A stretch of 64,000 nt of DNA from Moniliella sp. 'wahieum'. Taxonomy: Eukaryota. Positions 36,076 through 47,325 of the stretch are shown piece by piece (position 1 is the stretch's first letter; each line of letters starts with the position of its first letter). A model generated the notes under the pieces. The model was not told the DNA's origin. It made no database searches and was given only the letters and a program-made list of their open reading frames with translations. The DNA is taken from assembly GCA_003971905.1 (NCBI GenBank), contig RSEE01000060.1, positions 310,001-374,000 of the forward strand, written 5' to 3'. The translations under genes and the position numbers were made by a program.

Positions 36076-38262
36076 ATGAAGACCACGGTGCTCGCCAGCG
36101 CCCTCCTCGCCGCGGTGGCCACTGCGCCCTGCGCCCATGCCGCCGCCTTCCCCGCCCTCTCCTCGAGGAGCGCTCCCAGCTCGAGGCAGCCACCGTCGAG
36201 CAAGTTGCCCGCGCCATTGTTGCCGAGGTCATGCTCGGCAAGCGCTCCGACCCCACCGGCACCTACGCACCCACCTACATCACCTGCCCCAGATCAACAC
36301 TACCGGTGCCAACTACATTGGAGGCTATGTGCGCAACGCCACTGGCTTTGCCCTCAACCCGGCCGAGGCCACCTACATCCGCAACCACCGCTCTGCCCGT
36401 CACGCGACTGACGACCACTGGCTCAAGCAGGCCCAGGTCGGTCTGGACTCGGTCGTGCCCGGTGGGTTTGACAACTACACGTCGGACCTGAGTCGTGTGC
36501 CGCGCATCGGCATTGCCTCTTCTGGCGGCGGGTACCGTGCGATGCTCAATGGCGCCGGTGTGTTTAATGGCTTCGACGGCCGCAACGAGACGGCCAATGC
36601 GATTGGTACTGGAGGTCTGCTGCAATTGGCCGACTACCTAGCCGGCTTGAGTGGCGGCAGCTGGCTCACCGGCTCGGTCGCCATCAACAATTAACCCTAC
36701 CACCCAACAACTTCACGACGAGGTGTGGGACTTGGACAGCAACCTCATCCTCCCCTCGGACAATAAGATCAGCTTCTATTCCGGCCTAATCAGCGATGTG
36801 CACGATAAGAAGAACTTGTCGGGAATGGCAAATGGACTGGCATCACGGACTATTGGGCTCGCGCATTGGCCCACCACTTGATCAACAATACCATGTACCC
36901 CAACTACGGTGTGGCTACCACCTGGAGCGACGTGCGCAACGTGTCCAACTTCCAAAGCTTTGCCTACCCGTACCCAATCATTGTCGCCGACGAACGGGGT
37001 ACGTTCTTCTTCTTCTTTTCCCTCGTTGGAGAACTGCGAGCAGCAGAGTTTGTGTGCCGAGAAAGGAGATGACTGACTGACGGTGCTGTGTGGCGCGAAC
37101 CAGAACCGGGCGAACTATCATCCAGGCCGAATCGGCCATCTGGAATTCACACCGTACGAATACGGTACCTGGGAGCGCAAGGTCAATGCGTTTGTTGACA
37201 TTGACCTGGCCGGGACCGAGTTTGTGAATGGTCAGCCGACCAACTCGTCGCAATGTGTGACGGGTGGACGAATGCGGCATGGACGATGGGCACGTCGAGC
37301 ACGTTGTTCAATGGTGCCTTGATTGAGTTGACCGAGAGCAAGGGCGGGGACTGATCAAGAAGGCGATTGAAGAAGTGCTGAAAGACATTGGCGATGACGG
37401 CAATGACATTTCCATCATTCCCAATGCGTTTGGTGGTTGAACCCGACCGTGTCGGAAATTGCTTCGAGCAACAACGTGACCCATGTCGACGGTGGCGAGG
37501 ATGGCCAAAACGTGCCGATCTGGCCGTTGCTCAACCCGGACGCAAGTTGGACTTTATCATTGCCGAGGATGCGTCGGCCGACGTGAGTTCCTGGCCCAAC
37601 GGAACCAGTCTCTGGACCAGGGCCAACGTTTCAACTCGTCCAACGACTTTAGCGACTATGCGTTCCCTTACATTCCTCCCATGGAGACCTTTGTCAACCG
37701 TGGGCTCAACACGCGTCCCACGTTCTTTGGCTGTCCCGGATCGCGGATCACGAACCAAAACACGTCGTTCAACGGACAACCGTCCCCGATTGTTGCGTAC
37801 TTGCCTACCTACCCCTACGGGCTTTGGCAACACGTCGACGTACAAGATGGACTATGAACGGACGAAAGCCAAACGGTGCTGGACAATGCGTTCAACGTGG
37901 CTACGATGGGCAATGCCACGTCGGGAGCGATCAATTGGCCTACGTGTTTGGCATGTGGCATGCTCACGCGTTCGTTTGAACGTTCCCACACGCCCATCCC
38001 TGACAAGTGCACTCAATGTCTCAACCTGTTCTGCTGGACGGGGTGGAAGATAACTCGGAACCAACTGCGGCTTACTCGCCCCCGATTGGCGTGCCGGAAT
38101 TCATCACCTCGGGCGGAAAGACGTTGAAGGAACCGCCGATCACGGGTGGCAATGGGTCCAATGGCGCTCCCCCGCTGGCCCCGGTTCTATCACTCTCCCC
38201 TGGGCCTCCAAGCCTTCGGTCGCCCGGCTCTCGCCGCGGTTGTCCTGGCCACCGTGCTTTAG
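36076..38262 (+). CDS. PLB1: Secreted, probably GPI-anchored lysophospholipase / phospholipase B; frameshifted
   Basis: Signal peptide MKTTVLASALLAAVATAPCAHA; TYAPTYITCP; PRIGIASSGGGYRAML; catalytic GLSGGSWL; intron 36999-37103; EFTPYEYGTW; VDGGEDGQNVP; DASAD..WPNGTSL; FVNRGLNTRPTFFGC; hydrophobic end ALAAVVLATVL stop. Confidence 0.95.
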
Positions 38263-39330
38263 GTGCGGTGAACGTCAAAGTGAAAGTGAAAGTGAAAGAC
38301 GTTACCTTGCTCACAACCACACGTCTCTTCCCTCCGCTCCTTGCTCCTTGCTCCATACTCCTTGCTCCTGCTCCTTGCTCCTTGCTCTTTTGACCTGCTG
38401 GCTTGCTTGCGGGCCGGTTGGCTGGCTGGCTTGTTTGCTTCTGCGTACCTACCTATCTTTCCCCTCGTTTGATCCTACCTCCCTTTAGTTCTTGTTTTGG
38501 TCTTGATCTTGATCTTGATCTTGACCGTGGTCTTGGTCTTGGTCTTGGTTGGTCTTGGTCTTGGTCTGACCTTTACCTTGGTCTTCATCTTCATCTGTCC
38601 TTGTTCTTGGTCTTTGTGCCAGTGCTTGGTATAGGCCATGCCATATGTCATACGTCATGGGTCTTGGCCTGTGGTTGTGGGGTTGTGCTGTTGGCTGTGC
38701 TTGTTGGCTGCTGGGTTGGCTATTGGCTGTTGGCTGTGGTTACGGTGGTGGTTGGGTTTGGTTTTGATTTGAGTTTTCAGCCCCTAGTCCTTTCCCCCTT
38801 TTCCCGTTCCAGTAGAACTGAACCCCCCCCCCTGCACCCCGCCCTAGCTTGCTGATTGCGTGGATCCTTCTCCTTCTCTTGGCCCCTCACTCGCTCGCTT
38901 GCCGTGCTGCTTCCCCTCTCAAATATTACCTCTCGCCCCTTCTCAGATCTTACTTCTTACCTCTCACCTCTCACTCTTAACCTGAGCGTTCAACCTTGGG
39001 AACTTAGCTAGCTAGGACGATCCACGTTGAGCTGATGCTTGCTGGGTTGTGATACGTTCGTGTCGTTCGTTTTACTCGTCTCTTCTGCTTTGGTTGATTT
39101 GCTTTGCTTGGTGCACCCACGGAACCCCCCCCCCCCATCTGCTCCGCCCCCGTTCTCTTCCCTCCAACTTGAAGCTTGACTTGAGCCAGCCCGTACAGGC
39201 AGGCAGTCCGCGTCGATTCGTCCCGCCACCCGAGATTAGAGAGCTTCCGTATAAGCTCGTCAGACGGACGTCCAACCCACCGCGCTGAGGGGTTCAAATC
39301 GCACCCCTCCCCCCCCCCTCGATCGGACCT

Positions 39331-39449
39331 TGGTTCTCGTCCTCGGTTCTCGGGTCTTGGTTCCCGCTTCGCGATTCTCGGTTTCCGGTTCGCTGGTCTA
39401 GGTTCGCGGTTCTGAGTTCTCGGTTCGCGGGTCTCGGTTCTCGGTTCTC
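39331..39449. repeat. Degenerate heptamer array (GGTTCTC/GGTTCGC)n
   Basis: Read directly, about 16 imperfect copies. Confidence 0.85.
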
Positions 39450-39640
39450 GCCCCCCCCCCCCCTCTTCCTCCCAGCGCACGTCACGCTCTTTCGTTCATT
39501 TTCAGTTGTCCCCCCCTCGCTCTTTGACCCATCACAGCGCCCGCTGCACCGCGGAGGCAACCCCGTAACCCGCACAAGACAACAGTCACATCTGTCTGTC
39601 CGGCATGCCTCGCTTTCTCCTTTTCTTCTCTTTCTTTGTC

Positions 39641-39727
39641 TTGCCCCTTGCCCCTTGCCCTTGCCCCTTGCCCCTTGCCCCTTGCCCCTCGCCTTGCCCC
39701 TCTCTCCTTGCCCCTCGTCCTTGCCCC
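39641..39727. repeat. Heptamer array (TTGCCCC)n
   Basis: Several consecutive near-perfect copies followed by degenerate copies. Confidence 0.9.
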
Positions 39728-40926
39728 GTGCCTTTCCCCCCCCCCCCCCCCCGCTGAAGACTTTCCTTCACGTACGTTCCCTTCACTTGGATGGAGGAAA
39801 CTACGGACACACTACCCCAGTACCCGTACTGGCACCGGTACACCATTTCCTACTCCGTCCGCACGCCCCACTTATTGCCACTTGCCTTCTTGCCTTCTTG
39901 CCACTTGCCTTCTTGCCTTCTTGTGCCTTTTGCCTTTTGTCTCTTGTCTCTTGCCTCTTGCCTGTAGCCTGTTGTTGCGTGCCGCCCGTGCGGAAGTCCG
40001 CAAGGCAGGCCCCAGGCTCCAGGCCTCAGGACAGTAGAAAGAATGGATACAGGTTCGGTTCTGCCCCACGCCGATTGCAGGGAACCGTAGGGAACTCAAC
40101 GAAATCGACCGAGCCTGACTCTTAGCTGTCTTCCCCCTACGGCATTGGCCGCACCTCTGGGGGAGGGGGGGGGTAGGAACCATCAACTCCCGGGTCTGGC
40201 ACGCGAGCCGTGCGTGGTTGATCGGGGGCTCCTGCCTGGCTGCCTGTTGTGGAATTTTCGGTATTAGTCGATTGTTGACTGTTGATAGTCGATAGTCGAT
40301 AGTCGATTGTCGATTGCTGATTGTCGAATGGGGAGTGTCGACAGACCAATTCCAGTGCCGTACTCGTCGCTCGTCCAACGACGTACCCGTACCGCATACC
40401 GCGGAACACCCCAGCAAGCACGTTTTGATTTGTCAAGTGCTGGGTTCCGACGTGGAAAAACGCCACAACCAGGGCTCCGGGTTGGTGCGCCGCACGCACG
40501 CCTTCTCCTACCTCCCATCTGAGATGGGAGAGGGGAGGTGGGAGGAATCTGACATGGGACGGACTCGTCACTGTGTGCCGATCTGACGTCTGCTAAGCGC
40601 TAAAAAGCGCCAAGCCCGCTCCTCCTACTCCCCGGTGTCGCGAAAAGTTTAGGTCTCCATAGGACTATAGACGATGACTAGTGACTATTGAATGCGCCCA
40701 GCAGATACCCTCTCCGAGCCGAGCGCGACTGTCGTGCAGCCGCGGTAAAGAACCGGCAATGGGTCTCTTGGACTTGTTCTTACTAGCACCGCCCTGGCTG
40801 GGCTAGGTGGGGTAGGGGGCAGAAGGACGTTGTGGCATAGAGCAGGTGCAAAAAGAGGAGGGGGGGTTGGGTGTACTTAGTATGCGCAGTGTGGGTTGGA
40901 TGGCTTGTTGGGGCAGCAGGTCCAAC

Positions 40927-42004
40927 TTAGATCCGGCCCAGCTCCTTGAGCTGGCAATCAGCTCGTCCACATTCTCCACCTGGCGCGGCAAGACGTGTCA
41001 GAACCCCAACGAGCAGAGAGAATCCCCAAAGAAGAAAAAGACAAAGGGGAAAAGGAGCAAGAAGGAAGAAATAAGAAACAGCACGTACCTTAGCGCCACC
41101 CTGGCGTGCGGGGGGAGGCGCCACCTTGAGCGTCTCGAGGTGCGGCTTGGCCGCGTCCTCGAGTCCCAGCTCCTTGAGCGTCACGTCTTGGTCGGCTTCT
41201 TCTTGGCCTTCATAATGTTGGGCAGCGAGGCCAAAGCGAGGTTCTGTGGTGCGGAAGGAAGGTAAGGAAGACGAGCAAAAACAAGGAGGAAAGAGAGAGG
41301 GGGGAGGGGGGTTAGGGGGTCAGTACCTCGTAGCAAAGACCCGGAAAGGTAAAACCAGGCATGGCTAGGGGGGGGGGGCCAGTGCGCCGGAACGTACCGT
41401 TGAGCCGAGGTCGGTGGTCAAGACAAAGGGGAAGGTGGTTTGACGAGCCCAAGCCACCATCAATTTCGCGCGTGACCTGGAACTTCTGGCCGACGTCGGG
41501 TGCCCAAGAGCTCGACCTTGAAGCACAAATGTGACCTGGGGCCAGCCGAGGTGGGCAGCCAGCATCTGACCCGTTGGGACGCATCATCGTCAATCGCTTG
41601 TGCCCGCAATGACCAACCGACTTCTTTCGGGTCGCCCTTGGTGGTCGCTCCGGCCCTGACGAGGGCAGCCAAGACCTTGCTCACCGCCAACGGTTCCAGC
41701 ACTTGCTTCTCGTCCAACTTGACGTGGATCGCATCGTCCGCGCCCATGGCCAAGCCCTTGCGCAACACATCCACCGTCTTGGCCGGCCAGCCGAGACGAG
41801 GGTAATGCCCGACACACCGTTTCAACTGCTCCTTCAACCGCACCGCCTCCTCCACGGCAATCTCGTCAAACGGGTTCATGGATGCTTGTCGTTCGTGTCC
41901 ACCGACTTGCCGTCCGAGGCAACGCGCACCTTGACCGTGTAGTCGAGCGCGCGCTTGACCGGCACAAAGATGCGGATCCACGGCAGGGGGGTGGTGGCAA
42001 ACAT
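40927..42004 (-). CDS. CIR1: Electron transfer flavoprotein beta subunit; frameshifted
   Basis: RIFVPVKRALDYTVKVRVASDGKSVDT; SMNPFDEIAVEEAVRLKE; LRKGLAMGADDAIHV; QAIDDD; VTREIDGGL; TTDL-RLN; TLKELGLEDAAKPHLETLKVAPPPARQGGAK|VENVDELI. Introns at 41397-41244 and 41088-40980. Confidence 0.95.
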
Positions 42005-44617
42005 GCTGGTGCGGGGGAGAGGGGGCAGGAGGAGGAGAGGAGGAGGAGGAGGAGGGGCAGATGGTGGAGACAGACCCACCGGCGGCCGATGCTGGCCCCG
42101 CGTGCTTTGTTGCGTTCTTTCCCGGTGCGGCCGGGCCAAGCCAGCCGGGAGCGCGAGTGCCAGCCAGTGCCCGCCAGCGCAGGCCAGCGCAGGCCCCCCC
42201 CCAGCACGCCCCAGCCGGGCAGCACCGACAGGGTTGCCAAACCCAACCCCCCGCCGCGTGCGGCCGGCCTGGTGCCGGCCAGGCCGACACAGGGCCGTGC
42301 CCTGCCCGGCCCGGCGGCCGGCTACGTGTCGGCCCGAGCGGCGTCGGTTGGCGGCGCATTCACAGGGGCGGCCGCATGCCACACTGGGCCCGTGCGGGCT
42401 GGTACCCGACGTTGAAGGTGAACGTTGAAAGCTTCAAGCTGGCAGCTACACTCACTCAGTACACACTAGTGTTGGTTGCCTGCATATTATTGCATCTGCA
42501 TCAGATCGATCAGATCTCAGCATCTCAGATCTCGTGTCTGCTGCACGCCGGCACCAACTCGGCCCGGACAACCAAACGCCGACAGACGAGATGAGGGATG
42601 GGAGTTGGGACATTGCCATCTGCCCTCGATTGGTCCATGTCGATGATGCAATGCGTGGGCCTTCGGGGCGTTCTTACGTAATTGCAAGTCTCGCGCTTAC
42701 GTCTTTGCACGAACCCTCTCTCTCTTCGTCGATGCTCGCCACTTTGGCTCACCCACGCCCGACGCCCTCCCATTCCTGCGCACCGCCGGCTGCATGGGTT
42801 GGTACTCTCGTCACCAGCAGCCAGCCACCATGGGCGCCGTAACATGTAACACCGCTGGTCGAACGCTGTGCGTAGTAGTAGTAGCTCTTCCAATGGGCGG
42901 GGAAAAAAGGGTGGACGAATAGGGTCGCCACGGTCCATGAGTCCATGACGTAGTTGGGGCGCAGCACTAGGCGGCAATCCTGCTATTGTCATGCGCCCCT
43001 GCATCCCATCGCGCATCCATTCCCCAGAGTATCGATTATCGATTACTAGATCGATTCTCGATTACTGGAGCTCGCCTGTCCGGAGGCTGAAGCGTCCCAT
43101 ACGTTCAACTCAAGCTGTCTTCCGGAAAGTGGATACTGCGTTCGCCTGTATATATATAGCTCAGGTGGCCGCAAGAGATCGACCCTGTTCCCAAGAACAA
43201 GCTGCGCCTGCTGCGCCGTACCGTCGCTGTCGGTCGGTGGTCGCCGATTCTTAGAAGTCCCATGCCATCGATCATCGATCATCGATCATCATAGATCACA
43301 CATCATCCATCATCCATCTCGCCCCACCTGACTGGCACCCGCCTTGGGCAAGATTAACGTTGAACTTCAACAGCCTCTCGGACCCCGTTGGGTCAGTTGA
43401 TCGTCTGTGCACTCGCACTCGCCGGCAGGAGACAAAATGTCGATCGGCTACGCGGTTGGGCAATGCCGTCAAAAGGGGCCCTGGCGGGGGTGGGCGGTTG
43501 GTGCCGCGAGTGGCAAATCGGGTTCGGATCGTCATCGTCATCGAGTCATCGTCATCACGCTGTCGGCATCCTTGCGCCTAACCTTTGGGGTGTGAGGCAT
43601 GAGTGAATGAGGCCGAGGAGACCGGCGCTGTTCCCACTATGGCCGTGTGCGTAGCTCCAAGGGACAGAAGGGGGCAGAGCAACGTCCGTCCCTAATCGAC
43701 CTAATCAGCGCTAGGGCTAGCGCCTCAGCGCGCGCTGCTCAGCCTGAGCGCTCACGCGTTCACGCGCCCCCCAGCCCCAAAAGAACATCATTATCATCGC
43801 AGCGAGCGAGAAGCGAAACAGGGAGGCATATGGCTTGTTGTTCTGTCGGGCGTGGTGCCGTGGGAGAGGTGCGAGATTTGTGGGCGTAACGACGTCATAC
43901 TGATCGGAACGCCAACGCTGCGCGCAACTGCGCTTTGAACAGCGAACAGATTTGCGAGCAGCTAGTAGGCCGCAATCACCGTAGTCATCGGCCCCATCCG
44001 CACCGTCATGCGTCGCACCCGGCCGCGCCATGCCAGCGCGGTGTGCGCTTGCCTTTCTGGGCCTGTCGCGGGGCGGGAGGGCAGTGCACGCAGGCGCAGG
44101 CGAGAGTGGGTTGTTGCCGCCGGCGGAAGCGCAAACTTGCTGGCTGAGTGCGGAGGAGAGCCGCTACTACACCCGAGTGCCCAGCCAGCCAGCCAGACGG
44201 GCGTCGTCCCCAGCTCGCTCGCCAATCCTTTGTCCCCCGCGGGCGCAGCCAGCCAGTGTCCTGCGTCTGCGCCCATCCGCACCGGCGCCCGCCTGCGCCT
44301 CCCCAGCCAAACGATCAGCAGCACCGTCCACCCTTCACCCACCGCTCACGCCGCATGGAGTTCAATGCGCAACGCACTCACCACGGCAGTACGCGCGACT
44401 CGCTACTCAGTACTTACTGCTCACGCGCTCACGGCCCGCCGCCCTCGCCCGCTTCTGGCTGCGCGCGTACAGCCCTCACGCTCACGCGTCACACGCCAAA
44501 CTTCATGCTTCACGCGCACGCTCAAGCTTCACCGTCTGGGCCGTCGCGACGCTCCGCCCCACCCCCCTTGTGCCCCTTGGCGCAGGCATGCCCCCGCGGC
44601 TCCCGCTTCCCGTCCCA

Positions 44618-44623
44618 TATAAA
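44618..44623 (+). promoter_or_regulatory. TATA box upstream of the GPI-type protein gene
   Basis: TATAAA followed by a pyrimidine-rich leader and a GCCACC-ATG 150 nt downstream. Confidence 0.6.
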
Positions 44624-44767
44624 GCGCGCTCCCTGCGCCCCGCATCGCTCTTTCCTCTTTTCTGCCTCCTGCCATCGCTCTGGTTCCTCTCGCCATCCCC
44701 CACCAACGTCACGATCGTTGTCTGATCTCTTGTTGTGACCCCACCCCACCCAACTCATCTTGCCACC

Positions 44768-45667
44768 ATGCAGCTCTCTGCCCTCCTCGCTCTCTCGCCG
44801 CCGCTGGCGCCGCTGTGGCCCAGACGCCCTTCACCGTCAACACGCCCACCACCAGTGTGATCGCGGTATGCACCTCCCCGTAGCTGACCCACTCACTTCG
44901 CTTGCGTTTGCGCTTGCGCTTGCTCTTGCGTACCGAGACTAACGAAACTGGTCTTGTGCAGTGCGTGCCGCCAGGTGACCTGGTCCGGTGGCCAGGGGCC
45001 CTTCACGCTGGTGGTCCACACCTACGCCGGTACCCCTGGCCCCGTCATCGACACGGTTACCAACCTGTCGGGCACTTCGTACACGTACCAAGTCAAGAGC
45101 TCCGAGGTCAACCAGCAGCTCGAGTTCCAGCTCACCGACTCGACCGGTGCCACGGCCCAGTCCGGTGCTACGCCCAAGGTCGCCAGCAACCCTTCGTGGT
45201 ACGTTGGTTTCCTCCCATGGTTCCCTTCTTGGCTTGTTTCCCCCCGGTCCTTTTCTCTGACTTATTCGGACCGTCTCAAACAGCGCCGGTAGCGGCTCGG
45301 GCGCCTCGAGCGGGGTGCTGCTCCCAGCCCCTCTTCGAGCGGCGGTGCCTCTTCGAGCCCCAGCGCCTCGTCGAGCAGCAGCCCCTCGTCGAGCAGCCAT
45401 GCGTCGTCGAGTGAACATGCCTCTTCGAGCAGTGCTGCGGCTTCCAGCTCGGCTTCCAGCTCGGCTTCCAAGGGAGGCTCCTCCAGCTCGGAGGCAAAGA
45501 GCAGCGCTTCTTCTTCGGCGCCCGCCTCGGGCTCGTCCAGCAAGCCCACCGCCGGCTCGTCGGCCGGTAGCTCCCAGTCCTCGTCCTCGTCTGCCGGGTC
45601 GCGTTCGCTCCCCGTCTCGGCCGCGATGGCTGCCATCGCTGGTCTGGCGGCTGCCGCGCTGCTCTAA
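44768..45667 (+). CDS. Small secreted Ser/Thr-rich, probably GPI-anchored cell-surface protein with an N-terminal beta-sandwich-like domain
   Basis: Signal-like MQLSALLAL..., then QTPFTVNTP; introns 44866-44961 and 45199-45283; QVTWSGGQGPFTLVV...GTSYTYQV...LEFQLTDSTGATAQSG; long Ser-rich stalk; hydrophobic end VSAAMAAIAGLAAAALL stop. Confidence 0.85.
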
Positions 45668-47325
45668 GCAAGCCGGTTGGACTTGACCGCATAAGGGGCA
45701 CCGACCATGCAAGACCCCCCCCCCCCCACACGCAGGTGGTCGGGTGACGCTTTTCCTCTTTATGTCGTTCTTTTTCTTGACTTGCTTAGCCACCGACAGG
45801 TTGTACCCCATTGGAGCCGTTTTGAGTTGCCTTCACGCCCTTGCCTTTTCTTCGGTTTCGACCCCGATTTCGATTCCGATCCTGATCTAAGGATCCATAC
45901 ACGGTGGTGTGCTGCTTGGCTAGCCTGCTCTTGGCGGTTGTGGCCGCGCACCATCGCCCCTGATTTGACACCGACACCCTTGCCACTTCTCCCTCATCTG
46001 TCCCTCCCTCTCACCTCTTCTTGTGTCTTCTTGCCTGCCCGTACCTCATCCTTCTTGCCGCTACTGGTTTTTTTCTTTTCCCGATCCATTCGCAGATGCG
46101 ATTCCGATGCAGTTGAACGTTGAGTACTCAGACGAGTGTTGGAAGGTCGACGTGTGGCCAGCTCTTCAGATCTGATGTTTGATGTTTGATTGAGGTTGGA
46201 GGTTGGAGGCCCAACGTGTGCGAGCGCGGTCAGAGTGCCTTGTTAGAGATGCTTTCTTTCCTTTTCCGTTGTCTCCCATTGACCATGCGTTCGTAGACAG
46301 GTGCCTGTGGTGTTCACCTAGTGGTCAGCGCGGTCAGCTTCAGTACAGCCGTTTCCGCGCTGCGCACAAGGCTTGGTTTTTGGTATCTAGGTGAAATCCC
46401 GCAAAGAACAGAGCAGCTGGGGCAGCAAGCTTACCCCAGAGGGGAGTGTGTAGAGTCACTAGTCACTAGCCAGAGGGGAGGGGGGTTGGGGGGCACATTT
46501 GGATGGGCGGATGGTAGGATCTCGGAGGAAGGTGGTGTTGTTACCGATTACAAAGGAAAAGTGAAGGCGAATGGGTTGATGGATCGATGGCTTGTCGGAC
46601 ACATAGTGTCTATAGTCATGCTCATCGAGAAACACCTCTCGATTATCATTATGCGTGCGGTTTTGTTAGGGGGGAGGGATGAAAAAGACAGGAGACCCGA
46701 CATGACACGGATTGGGTCAGAGCACACTGTTGCCACTGTATTGCAGCATCCTGATACTTATCTTGGGGCACAGTGGTCTAATCGAACTACTCTCCTCCTT
46801 GGTGGGACATCTGCTCTGCCGGGTAACTGTGGCCGCGAATAAGCGCGCAAGAAGCGTGCAGCGTCTCTGAGATGTGAGGCTGGATGGGGGAGACAATGTT
46901 GCTTCGGCGGTGGCGTCCGCATCTTGAGAACCGCTGGCCATGTAATGATGCGAGCAGCTGGTAATCGATCATCGACAGGCGATAATCGATAATCGGTATG
47001 GTATGCTCATGCTTTCCTTACTCAGCGTGCCACCCCGTACGTAACAGGCAGATAAGATAGCCTGCCCCCTCCACTGCCCCCTGCCCGCCCAGGCCGAGGG
47101 CAGCGCTGGCACCGCACCACTCTCCCCGCCAAACGCAATGCCTCCCGGCACCCTCTTTTTTTGGGTGGGTCGCCGATTAGATATCAGATCGCAGTCCATC
47201 GCCCCGCTGCCCTTGCCCCTGCCCCCTTCCCCCCCTCCTGCTCCTCCTGCTGCTCCTCCTGCTCTCCTTCTCCTCCTCCTCCTCCTTCTCTCCTCCTCTC
47301 CACAACCTCGCCGTCCACGCCGGCA

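Noticed and set aside
39285..39310. GGTTCAAATC B-box/T-loop-like word suggesting a tRNA
   Set aside because: No cloverleaf, D-arm or acceptor stem can be built around it.
39641..39727. (TTGCCCC)n as an interstitial telomere, or the heptamer arrays as CRISPR-like arrays
   Set aside because: The unit does not match a telomere repeat I recognise; there are no unique spacers and no cas genes, and the context is eukaryotic.
42640..42705. Box C-like GATGATG followed by CTCGCGCTTAC, possibly antisense to SSU rRNA
   Set aside because: No D or D' box follows the complementary stretch.
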